From Macrostomum hystrix (Eukaryota > Animalia > Platyhelminthes), in NCBI GenBank assembly GCA_950097015.1, contig CATNEN010000003.1, forward strand, positions 11,284,001 through 11,348,000: a stretch of 64,000 nt of DNA, given 5' to 3'. A program made the translations under genes and the position numbers. Positions 12,367 through 23,623 of the stretch are shown here, piece after piece (the first letter of the stretch is position 1; every line of letters begins with the position of its first letter). The notes beneath the pieces are model-generated. The model did no database searches. It was given only the letters and a program-made list of their open reading frames with translations, and was not told the DNA's origin.

Positions 12367-13390
12367 GTGAGCTTCAAGCTGGTAAAGTAATATAAGCTAG
12401 TAAAATCTTTCAAAGTCAGCTAAGTAACTTTTTCGGAGCTCTTATGCTTCTTATGCTTCCTGACAGGATGGATCGAGAAAGATGCAGCCGGTGTCAATCA
12501 GGCTACAAGCATTTTAATTTCACGGCACCGAATGCACCTAATATAGGCGACATTGTTAGCACGGCAAGTTAGTCTGCATTTGTTGGCGATTGTCGTGAAA
12601 TGGCTTTGCTATGGGGGACTCCAGTTTACACTGTCTCTGCTTGGCTGACGATTCCGTCGATGGCAAGTCTCTGAAACGCAAACATCATGACAATGGCGGC
12701 GTGTAAATGGAGTCAATTCCCGACTGCTTCCTGTTTGGGCTGAAACTGAATGCTGTTATTATCTTGCTTTCATTGCCCCAATCTCGCGCCCAGCTAGAGT
12801 TTGACTGACGGGCCAAACTCTCCGTTGTATCGAAAGATTTTGTAACGATCTCTGTGAGCTGGGGAATGACTTTGAAGCGGATGCACATTCATAGTCGATG
12901 AACACATCTATTTGCTCCGAAGCCAGCCGCTTAGAAACTTTTTTACCTGGAATAAATGCGACATGCAGAAAATCTAATATATTTAAAGTCCAACATGAGA
13001 AACATGTCTGCGTCGTGTTTTTTTAGAATTCGTGAGAACTATTTTTCCACATCAATGTTCTCATACCAGGCAGTTGAGGACCTGTTATAGTCTGGTTTGA
13101 ATATAGAATAGAAGTTGAATAGTCCTTTCTGTCCCTCTCACTTAAAAAACAGTCTAGCTTAACTGACAATGCTTCGATTTCAAGATAAGTCCAGTTAGCC
13201 TGTCATTATGGCATTTCTTAAGAACTTTTTAACATATTTTTCGAATCATTTCTTTGCTCTGTATTTTATTTTGTACCGAATAGTCACTAGGAGTAAAAAG
13301 CTGGGATGTCATTATACTGTTATTGTTAGGTATCCAATATATTTCTCAGAAAAACAACACTGAGAGCTTCTGATTTCACAAAGTCAACAG

Positions 13391-14618
13391 CTAGGCTTGT
13401 ACACAGAGTTGCTCCAACGTAGAAAACTCAGCTGAACTGAAGGCTTTCAAAGCCAAGCCGTAGCAAGCGATGCTGCCCAGCAGGCACTTGTCGCTGATGC
13501 TGTGGTAGCCGAGTCGAAGGCACTGGAACTCTGCGAGTGGCGCAGGATCCACACCGCCATCAAACTGACCGACTGCAGTCAGGGTTCCGTTGAAGAAGAA
13601 GCGACTCTGCTGGGTAGCAGAGTAGGTCATGCCCAAGGACAGAGTTCTGGATGTTCCTGAGATGCCAAAGAGCTTGTTTGAGACGGCTTTCAGATAGCCG
13701 AATGAACTGTGGCTGGAGGACCAGGCCGCGTAGTTGTACACGAACTCGGAGCTGCGACCAAATGTGTTCGATGGACTGCTGGTGTCGCCGGAGCAGACTT
13801 GGTAGCGATGGTAGATGCGGTTGCTGCAGTTGAGAATAGCGTATGCGTGTTTTAATTAACCTTCAAGCAAGGAAACTTAATGAATGACAAAATCAACAAT
13901 GAAAAACAATTGTACTACCTCAAGTCCAAGACTTCAGATATCAGCATATAGAATGAGTAGCTTCTACCATAGTCAAGGTATGCCTCGAATCCGGGAGTTG
14001 CAGTGCTCAGGTAAGAGCTCGGATTGCCCTTGAAGTGGGCACCTCTGGCATCTATGATCACATTGTGAGCCGTGAGGCAGAACAGTCTCGGGTTGACCTC
14101 ATTGACCAGACCGCTCCGAGAGAACTTGTAGAACATCTTCATCTGCAGCTGGCTGAACACGGGCTTGGCCACATCTGAAATGCGTGCGTGAATGCTCAGC
14201 TTGGTGACTGAGTGACTCCAATGCACTGATGGGATTGGCATGCAGCCAGTGCAGCCAGAGTGACAGCTCAGCTGTGCAACTCACCGCAGTCTCCACACAG
14301 CACATCGGTGTACTTGTAAGAGTCGCAGTCACCGGCAGTCCACTGAGCGAGCTCGGAACACGCGTCTCCGAGGTAGCACTTGTTGTTGGGCTGGTCAAAG
14401 TGGAACGCGTTGCATCGGGGCTGCTGACTGCAGACAGCGGCGCACTGCAGCCTGCTGGCCAGCCTCTGAGCCTGCAGAGAGGCGGCTGCAGTGGGGCAGC
14501 TTCGGACCTTGACAGCCGAGAAATACGGCAGCACTCGAACAGCGGTGGTGCCAGTCAGGCTATGCAAAAGCAGATGCCAGTTCAGGCTGAATATCGTAGA
14601 AAATCCTCTATACTTCAT
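13391..14618 (-). CDS. PAN/Apple + ConA-like protein, copy 5 (~340 aa); exons 14618-14285, 14174-13919, 13823-13391
   Basis: ATG at 14618. GT-AG introns 14284-14175 and 13918-13824 give a continuous frame ending ...FSSAEFSTLEQLCVQA. Confidence 0.85.
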
Positions 14619-15256
14619 GATTGGCAAGCTTTTTCAGTCTAATACAGGATTATAGAGCATCGCATTGAGCAACAATTGCTGTTTTATTTAAAATTTCCTA
14701 ACCCTCGTCGTTTAGCGTGTGGAATCTAGTATCAGAACAAATATCATTTGTAGAAATTATGGGCATTGGCAGCGAGAGCATTGTTCTTGGAAAGCAAACT
14801 TATGTGCCGTGTTTTTGCACGCGAAGCTTGAAATTCTGTTTGTTTTTGTTAGAATTGGAGTTGTCGCTCGATTGCCTCGAGCCAAAATCATTGCCTAGTT
14901 TCATCACTTTTCTAGGAAAAACCAGTAGTCCATTCAGGGATGAAAATCAACGAGTAGGCTCTATATGAAATCTGTACGCTGGTATAACTCTTTTGTAGCA
15001 ATGGAAGTATAATAAAAATGATTATCTGCTTAGCTTTATTCACGAAAACGGTTATATTGAGTAGCGCAGTTGTAGTGCTAGGATCTCGTACCGAAGTTTC
15101 CGAGCTCAAATCCGCAGCGAGTCCACATTCATTTTGAGGCATTTCGCGCATTTAGGGCCCCTTAAGGAACTCGCGTTGTACAGTGTTTGTCTGAGTTCGT
15201 ATCTGTGTGTGCATGTGTTCTTTTTCTGCAATACTCGTTATAGTTAAGGTATCGAA

Positions 15257-15605
15257 ATTAGTTCACTTCTGCTGGGGGGTATTAGTTCTCTGTTGCTGGG
15301 GTGGCATTAGTTCGTTGCAGCTTGGGGAATTAGTTCACTGTTGCTGGGGGCATTAGTTCTGTGTTGCTGGGGGACACTAGTTCTCTGTTGCTGGGGGGGC
15401 ATTAGTTCTGTGTTGCTGGGGGGCATTAGTTCTCTGTTGCTGGGGGGACATTAGTTCTCTGTTTTTGGGGCATTAGTTTACTGCTGCTGGGGGACATTAG
15501 TACACTTCTGCTGGGGGGACATTAGTTCTCTGTTGCTGGGGTATTAGTTCTCTGTTGCTGGGGTATTAGGTCTCTGTTGCTAGGGGTATTAGGTTTGTCT
15601 CTGTT
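15257..15605. repeat. ~23-25 bp degenerate minisatellite (ATTAGTTCTCTGTTGCTGGGGGGC)n
   Basis: Visible tandem units with variable G-runs. Confidence 0.9.
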
Positions 15606-16293
15606 ATAGTGGACAGGATTATGTTTGTGCCACCCAGAGGGGGGGGCTAAATGGGTAGTAACTATTCTAAAACTTTCAAGACCACAGAAAGATGCACTTA
15701 TAAAGCATCGCATGACGAAGGACACTTTCTGGGCTATGAAAACAGAGGAAAGCTTGTGACTACAAATTTATCTCTGGGAGAAAGTCATCAAGGAAGCAGT
15801 GACAATACCCATCGCATCAATGTCGACTTGGACCACCCAAATTCGTTTTTACCTCGCACTCTTTGGCGAGTGCCAATTGTACCAAGGCAAACAGAGAGCT
15901 TCGGTCCTAAAGTAAATATACAAAATAACACATCAATGCGAATTCGGCTGCAGAATTCAACCATTCAGATGCGTTCGACCTTGCAAACCCATACGATGCG
16001 GGTCTCAGGAAATCTCTCTCTCTTTTTTCCTTCTTTTCTTTAGGCCAACAGCTATAAGATTTTTCTTCTATTGAATCTTCTGGTTCAGGCCGAGTGGTCC
16101 TCGGTCAGAGTGGAAGTGGAATAGGAAATAAAGGAGAGAGACGCGTTGACTTAAGGTTCGTGTCAACTTATATCATTCATTTTCTGTCATGTTAAATGAG
16201 AATTTGTCGTTTAAGAGTAAGAGAATGAAGTGAAAAAAGGTCACGTTAATTGTGCTTCTGAGGTACAGCTCTACAGTGAGACACTTTTTTATC

Positions 16294-19271
16294 ATGTCAG
16301 AAAGTGGCGGAGACCCAGCAAAAATCCGCAAAGCCAAGTCACTTCTGTGCTTCTTGTTAGTTAGCATATCTGCCGGCATTGCCTACAATGCATCCTACGT
16401 TTTCCTGTCAAGCATGACAACAACTCTTGAACGACGCTTCGGATTCGATTCGGAGGACACCGGGCACATCATTGTGGCCAATGATATCGGCTTTGCGGCC
16501 ACCGTGACTCTAGTAAGTTTCTATGGCAACAGGGGGCACAGGCCGCGAGTACTCGGTCTGGGCGCCGTTGTTATGGGCCTGTCCACAGCCGCATACGCTC
16601 TGCCATACTTTGTCTATGGGCCTAAGTACTCGGACGCTGAAATCGCTCGCTACCTAACACTAACGGAGCAGCGAGCCTTGCAGAACTACAGTCAAGGCGC
16701 TGCCTCAACTATCGACGGAAGCGATTTACTCTGTCGCGTTGAATCAGCATCCGTACCGAACGAGCTCTTCAACAGATCCTCAGATTCAACACCATCTTTA
16801 ACGTCTACCACTCTGACATCAGAATCATCAGCTAGCAGTCAGGCCGACGCTCGCGATGTAGTTTTTGTCGTCTTCATGATAGTCGGCATAGTTCAAGGCG
16901 CAGCTTCAGCACCCTCCTGGTCAGTGCTTTTCACCATGGTCGAAGACTCGGCCACCGAGGCGCGCTCGCCAATCTACATCGGTCTGGTGATTACGGCTCG
17001 ATCGATTTCGCCCATGCTTGGCTACTATCTGGTTGGACAGTTTTTAGCGTTGCACGAGTCGCTTCAAGCGTCGGGTCTTCGCGAGTCCGACAGCCTTTGG
17101 ATCGGCAACTGGTGGCTGGGATTTCTCAGCCTGGGATTGATAACAAGCATCCTCGGTTTTCCCATGCTGCTATTTCCTCGCCAGCTGGAGGATCATATTC
17201 CTTGCTGCTCGGCAAGATCGGCTGCCAGTGTACAGAAGGATGTACAGGATGGCGACGAGGATCTCGAAGAGAATCTTCCACTGGAGGACGCGACGGCAAA
17301 CGTCGGGCGTCGTTTGAGTCGCCACAGATCGTGCGAATCTCAGCCAACCGGCTCCGGAAGGTGGGCGAAATTTCTTCACAGCCTGAGAGACCTGTCTCTG
17401 GCTGTAAAGCGCACAATGACCAACGCAATCCTCATGCTGGTCATGCTGTCTTGTGTGGTCAGCTTGCTGGGTTCGGGTCTCGAAGTTCTGTTTATTGTGA
17501 AGTATTACGAGAACTACTTCAATGTGCTGCCCTCGGCTGCAGGTCAATACGTTGGCATGACTTACGCCTTGCCAACGGCCTTAGCAACACTGGCTGGGGG
17601 CTACCTGGTATCTCGTCTGCGGCTGGACGTTGTCGGCATGATGCGTCTGATCTGCGGCATCTTCCTCGTCACTACTGTGCTCAATGCGCCCGCCTTCTTT
17701 ATGGACTGCCCATCGGAGAGGCTGAATCCGGCGACGTGAGTGCAACTTTCCAAGAATTTTGGATTGAAGTTTCTTTTGCTGAGAAAACAACTTTTACGAA
17801 TCTTTTACGCACAGAATCTTGGCTATCGCTGGCGACAATGTCTCAAGCGGTGGTTGCGCTTCAAACTGCGGCTGCGACCCCACTCTGGTTAATAATCTGC
17901 CCGTGTGCGGAGCTGATGGCAATTTCTACCTGTCTCCGTGTCACGCGGGTTGCACTGGAACAGTCGTTGGCGCCGCTGTTAATGAGACTGAATCAGTAAG
18001 AACACCTCGTAGAAAATTTTAGTCAAACTGGTGTTTTGATACTGTTAAAGGAATTCTTGGTAGCTAAATTGTTTATTTTGCTACTAAGGTCCCTGAACTC
18101 GATTGAAGCAATATTTAACTGATCTTCATTTGCATGCATGTATGATCGTTCAAGTGCGAATTAATTTAATTTTCTGACTTCAGGCCACAGAATCAAAGTT
18201 CAGCAACTGTCGGTGCTTGGAGAGCATGCAGTTGGACAATGCCTCTTCATCAAGCCCCGCTGTCAACACGGCTAGAGCAGGTGGCTGTCAGGGAGTCTGT
18301 AACATGGTTTACGCATTCTCAGTGCTGAAATTTATCGCTCACTTTGTCGATGGACTGTCCTATGTGTCTTGGTTTCTGCTAGTGATGAGGTAGGACTATT
18401 ATTACACTTTCTTTACGTAATAACATGAATTATTTCGTTATTTAAAAAAAGATAAAACACTTTGTTTTTTTGTTTTTTTAGAATCACAGACTCAAAAGAC
18501 GACGAAGCCATGGGTGTTGGAATAATTTCATTATTTTTTAGCTTGGCTGGTAAGTAGGATTATTACTGGCACATCTTTTGAGGACACTAGACCCTCAGCC
18601 AGCGAGGAGGCAATTCTGCCAGTTTGGCTGACTCCTGAGCACACACGCACACACAGATACTGTACGCAGGCACACGATCACACATGGGAGTGTACATGTG
18701 CCCAGAATTTCTCATTGTCATGCAGTGTACACTCTCATTGTAACTTCAATTTCTGTATCGTTTGATTTAAACAAAATAATCTACGTTAATTAAGCGACAA
18801 GAAACTTGCCAAAAAGATGAGCAACTTCTGAGTATAACGCTTTTTATTATATAGTTAAGTAAGCAAAAATTATAACGATTATAATGGTAAAAGACCTTAT
18901 AAATTCCGCAGAATTATAAAATATGTAAACTTTTTAAACCTAAAAGTTCTGCTATTTGTGTTACAGCATCGATCATGGGCGGGTTCTGTGGCAGAATCTA
19001 TGAGTCTGCTTGCCTAGCGACTACCAGCGGGTCGGCAGGCGAGCGCAACTGCCTGCTGTACGACCGTCAGAGACTTCGAATCCTGTTCAACGGAATCCCG
19101 ATGCTAGCTAGGGTGCCCTACTTTGCCCTGCTGCTAGCTGCCTATCTGCTAATTAAAAGACGTTTCGGATTTAGCAGCATTGAAGTGGTGCAACAGCAGT
19201 CGAACTTGGATGAAAATGAAGGCATTGAGAATGCTGATAACTGTGCCAGTAACAATGAAGCTGCAGTATAG
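16294..19271 (+). CDS. SLCO: Organic anion transporting polypeptide (OATP/SLCO family), ~733 aa; exons 16294-17735, 17815-17995, 18184-18389, 18482-18549, 18967-19271
   Basis: Motifs TTLERRF, VSFYG...HRPR..G.G, the OATP signature D..WIGNWWLGF and FPRQL. Kazal-like loop C..NC.C......PVCGADG..YLSPCHAGC and the terminal C...G..NC..YD. All four GT-AG junctions keep phase. Confidence 0.93.
18565..18742 (-). mobile_element. SINE family A, partial copy in SLCO intron 4
   Basis: Matches the body of 22087-22280. Confidence 0.7.
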
Positions 19272-19494
19272 GAATCGTTTGGAAATTATTTTTATTTTAT
19301 GTCAAATAATCCGAACGTACGTTAGGGCGTAGATCGTAATCAAAAACTAAATTTTTTCTTTTTTTTCTGTCTTCTTGACCTCAGTGCGTATTCTATTAAT
19401 CTTTTTAATAGCCTTTATTTTATTTCGCTTCACGTGAAACCGAGTATTCTGAAGATTTACTCACAAGCAAAAATTAAATATTGATAATAATTGA

Positions 19495-19690
19495 TTACAA
19501 CTGCCCCAATCGGGCCAGATGTGCAGCCGACAGCACAGTCGCAGCTAGTACCCATTTAACAGCTGGGTGAACTGAAGCAATGCAGGGTTAAGTGCCTTGC
19601 TAAAGGACACAAATTGTTCTAGTCGAATCAGGAATCGAACCCCCGAACTTCAATGAGTCCGACGCTCCTTACTGCAAGGCAACATAAAAC
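19495..19690 (-). mobile_element. tRNA-derived SINE family B with CORE/Meta-like central block
   Basis: The minus strand has B box GGTTCGATTCC (19641-19631) followed by TGTGTCCTTTAGCAAGGCACTTAACC...CACCCAGCTGTTAAATGGGTAC, resembling conserved central domains of metazoan SINEs. A remnant of its tail lies at ~6930-7020. Confidence 0.6.
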
Positions 19691-19718
19691 CTCATATAAA
19701 TATAATCCAGTAACTGAC

Positions 19719-20308
19719 GGAAGGAAGGAAGGAAGGAAGGAAGGAAGGAAGGAAGGAAGGAAGGAAGGAAGGAAGGAAGGAAGGAAGGAAGGAAGGAAGG
19801 AAGGAAGGAAGAAAGAAAGGAAGGAAGGAAGAAAGAAAGGGAGGAAGGAAGGAAGGAGGGAAGGAAGGAAGGAAGGAAGGAAGGAAGGAAGGAAGGAAGG
19901 AAGGAAGGAAGGAAGAAAGGAAGGAAGGAAGGAAGGAAGAAAGAAAGGGAGGAAGGAAGGAAGGAGGGAAGGAAGGAAGGAAGGAAGGAAGGAAGGAAGG
20001 AAGGAAGGAGGGAAGGAAGGAAGGAAGGAAGGAAGGAAGGAAGGAAGGAAGGAAGGAAGGAAGGAAGAAAGGAAGGAAGGAAGGAAGGAAGGAAGGAAGG
20101 AAGGAAGGAAGGGGGGAAGGAAGGAAGGAAGGAAGGAAGGAAGGAAGGAAGGAAGGAAGGAAGGAAGAAAGAAAGGGAGGAAGGAAGGAAGGAGGGAAGG
20201 AAGGAAGGAAGGAAGGAAGGAAGGAAGGAAGGAAGGAAGGAAGGAAGGAAGGAAGAAAGGAAGGAAGGAAGGAAGGAAGGAAGGAAGGAAGGAAGGAAGG
20301 AAGGAAGG
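19719..20308. repeat. (GGAA)n microsatellite, ~590 bp
   Basis: Direct reading. Confidence 0.98.
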
Positions 20309-20501
20309 GTGCCATTTTGAATGCTTGTGAATCAAAGCTTGTGCAACATTAACTTTCTATAGCACTAGCAAAATGTAGTCTTACCTCTATCAGTTAGATC
20401 TATGGCACAAGTTCAGACTTGTCTTGAGTTCACAGAGCGGGAAATAAACTGATTCTGCATCATAAAAATATAACATTTGTTCGATTCAAAAAATAAAAAA
20501 A

Positions 20502-21273
20502 ATGGCATTGATCGGCCTCAATGCTTTGAATTCCTTAAGCATTATCATTACTTTCGTTATTTTTTTAGTTCAACAACTGGAATTTTCTAGGGGTAAGTAG
20601 CGAATTGATGTTTAAAAAAACTAGCAAACCTTCCAGCTTGATGAACTAATAGCTAGCAAACCTTCTAGCTTGATGAACTAATAGCTAGCAAACCTTCCAG
20701 CTTGATGAACTAATAGCTAGCAAACATTCCAGCTTGATGAACTAATAGCTAGCAAACCTTCCAGCTTGATGAACTAATAGCTAGCAAACCTTCCAGCTTG
20801 ATGAATTAATAGCTAGCAAACCTTCCAGCTTGATGAACTAATAGCTAGCAAACCTTCCAGCTTGATGAAGCATTAGCTAGCAAACCATCCAGCTTGATGG
20901 ATACTGGAAATCCTTAACTCTAGTATAACTCTTAACTCATGATACCTTCAATATTTATTTAATTTCAGGCCAGATACAGGAGGTGATTGTATGTCCAGGA
21001 GAGAATATCGAGTTGACTTGTCAGTCAGAACAAGAGATCGTCATATCCTATGTTTTCTATGGCAGGCATCAGAATCTATGGCGGTGCAATCAGTACCTGA
21101 AGGAATGGTGCACGGATCCAAACGCAAAGAAGTTATTGCTGACGTTATGCGGCGGGAAAAGCAACTGCAGCATTACACCCGATGAAGGAATTCTAGGAAC
21201 AAATTGCCCTATTTATAAAAGCTACCTGGTCATTGAGTACTACTGCTTCTGGGTGTCCCCTGATTATTTATGA
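20502..21273 (+). CDS. Secreted single-domain SUEL/rhamnose-binding (Gal_Lectin) lectin, ~131 aa; exons 20502-20592, 20969-21273
   Basis: Leader MALIGLNALNSLSIIITFVIFLV and a phase-1 GT-AG intron. SUEL pattern C.G..I.L.C......I....YGR.....C......C...........C.GK..C.I.........CP....YL.I.Y.C. Confidence 0.85.
20619..20898. repeat. 32 bp minisatellite in the lectin intron
   Basis: (CTAGCAAACCTTCCAGCTTGATGAACTAATAG)n, ~8.5 units. Confidence 0.95.
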
Positions 21274-21825
21274 TTTCTGAGCTATCTACTGATCAACTTA
21301 CTTTTAGTAATATATTTCTGACACAGTTTATGCTAACAATGGAAATTATATGACAACAGTTGCTCAGGTTTCGATAAAGTTTCAAGCAAACTTTAGATTT
21401 AGATAAAGTCATCAAAACCAATTCAGTTGTTCAATGTAGTTGACAGGTCAAACTTAAACACAGAATTCACTCTATTGTTATAGAATCTAATATATTTGTC
21501 CGCTTTTGCTAAAACCGTATATGAATCGAGAACAGTTTTGCTGTCATAAAAGAAGAAAAACTTATGCTTTGTGTAATATAATGAAAATCAAACGTTTGGA
21601 ATAAATCACAATAGATGTACTTCTAAAGTAGCTACGATGGACAGGTAGAGGTAAAAAATGAAAACGCTGACAAGAGTGAGATGTCAAATTTCGACATCAT
21701 CAACGACAACGGCGTATTTCAAATACCCATCGCCTACTTCACCATAGCTCCCAAACTGAATGACCGATTTTCGTGAAACTCCTCCTCGTATTAAGTCGAA
21801 CATTTGACGCAATTTTGTTTTTAAA

Positions 21826-21940
21826 CCATTTCAGTACCCATTTCAAACCAAACCAGTACCCATTCCATTTCAAACCAAACCAGTACCCATTTCAAACCAA
21901 ACCAGTACCCATTTCAAACCAAACCAGTACCCATTTTGAA
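21826..21940. repeat. 22 bp minisatellite (CAGTACCCATTTCAAACCAAAC)n
   Basis: About 5 units. Confidence 0.9.
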
Positions 21941-22086
21941 CCCATGAACCAATTTAGCAGGTAACAAATGACCTCTTTAAGCAAATAACCAATGCACCCT
22001 TAAGTAGAGTTCCAATTTAATTTAACAAATACCCAATGCCCTTCTTTAGCAGAGAACCAATGACACTTTAATAATAAGAATAACAA

Positions 22087-22437
22087 TTGCAGGAGGGCTG
22101 CGGGCAGTGGCACATCATTCGGTGGCAGTAGACCCGCAGCCAGCGAGGAGGCAGTTCTGCCCATTTCGCTGACTCCTGAGCACACACGCACACAGATAAT
22201 TTACACAGGCACACGCTCACACAGGTGTGTACATCTGCCCTGACTTTCTCATTGTCAGGCAGTGTACACTCTCACTGTGCCTTTCAGGCTGGCCCTCAAG
22301 GGCGTAAATTGCGCGACAAGCCCCCAAGCCTTCTCTCCGCGGCTGCGCCCCAAATAAATGTGGCCTCGCCGTGGAATCGAACTTAGGGACCTTGGTGCGA
22401 GAGGCAAACGCGTTAACCGCTCTGCCACCGACTCCCT
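22087..22437 (-). mobile_element. tRNA-derived SINE family A, near full length (~350 bp)
   Basis: Minus-strand head GTCGGTGGCAGAGCGGTTAACGCG...AAGTTCGATTCC carries Pol III A and B boxes. At least 7 related copies in the window, ending in (TTA)-rich tails. Confidence 0.85.
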
Positions 22438-23266
22438 TACCAATGACACCTTTAGAAGAGACGCAGGCTTAGAATCAAATTTGTAGTTTAGTTTCTAGTT
22501 CTGATTTTCGAGCAGCTATTGATGCACTCGAAAAAATATTTAATTCTCTTAGAGCCAGAAAATTAATAAAGCTAAAGAATATTTGCTTCGACAGTTCCTA
22601 ATCAAAAGCGCTTACTATTAACAGTTAATTGTACCCTAAAATACAATAAAAAACGGTTACTAACTGTTGATGTAAAAATAAGCAGTAGAAAAAACGGATG
22701 CTGAAATTCGACCTGCATTCCGCGAAACAAAAGTACCTATAAACTTAGGAGCTAGATGAAAAGAAAGCGACACAATGATCGAAGTCTAGACAAGGTTTGA
22801 CAATATATGGGCTGCGATTTTCAGTGAATAGAAAGGAGGAGAGGTTTCGCTAACATTGAGAAATATGAAAGTCCAATCATTGAAATCTCCTATACGTAAC
22901 TGCTTTCTTGAAAATTCATACCTTTAAAAAATCACTTTTTAGAAAACTAACGTGCGCCAATTGTTGAGAAGGCAAATCTTTTAGAGACAATTATTATTGT
23001 TAGCGAAAAAGACGTCTGACTACTGTGAGTAGAGCACATGCACAGCAATAGAAATGTTAATTTTTCCTCGGCTTCGATTGATTGGCTGCGGCGAAAAAGC
23101 ACAACAGGACACGGAGGGAGGTGTGGGTTGGGTGTCTGGAGACATCCATAAAGCCAAAGCCTAAACAGAACGGTGGAGTCTTCACCGCCAAGTTTCAGCT
23201 TGAACGAAGGAAAAAAAAGGAGCGAAATTAATTCAATTTTCTAAGCATCCTTGCTGGCAAACTATC

Positions 23267-23623
23267 ATGTCTATCAACCTGATTTTGTAAGTCTCTTAAT
23301 CATTGTCTATTAAAACAATGCGGTGCGAGAACAGATTTTTAACAGCACTATCCGCTGTTGATTTTCCATTCAGCGGCCTAAGCCTTGTACTAAGCGTCGC
23401 TGCCGCCGGCGCCCTGGGCGGAGCGGTGAAGCGCGCCCCGGCCTCGGAGCAGCCGCAGCAGTACTGCTACGAGAAGCACCGCGACGAGGCGCCCTGCCTT
23501 AAATGCTGCGACGAAAATCACGAACAATGCAAAAAGGAACTCGGCTGCCAGAAGAACGATTGGCGATGCCAGAACCCGTGCTGGGAGTTTGTCAAGTACT
23601 GCGACTACCAGTGCAAGCTCTGA
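23267..23623 (+). CDS. Secreted cysteine-rich peptide precursor, 89 aa (signal peptide, KR site, 62 aa mature part with 10 Cys); exons 23267-23286, 23374-23623
   Basis: ATG TCT ATC AAC CTG ATT TT|gtaagt...ttcag|C GGC gives MSINLIFGLSLVLSVAAAGALGGAVKR-APASEQPQQYCYEK...CDYQCKL. Strong GC3 codon bias in exon 2. Confidence 0.8.

Noticed and set aside
12685-12946. Possible exon between copies 4 and 5 (acceptor-like TTATTCCAG on the minus strand)
   Set aside because: All frames close quickly and show no similarity to the family or any motif I recognise.
17097-17999. 300 aa alternative-frame ORF overlapping SLCO
   Set aside because: Shadow frame crossing intron 1 with no recognisable motifs.
19628-20335. 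Long ORFs of (LPSF)n/(GRKE)n
   Set aside because: Translations of a GGAA microsatellite.
22360-22437. tRNA-like sequence with A and B boxes
   Set aside because: No complete cloverleaf and attached to a dispersed ~350 bp body, so it is a SINE head rather than a tRNA gene.
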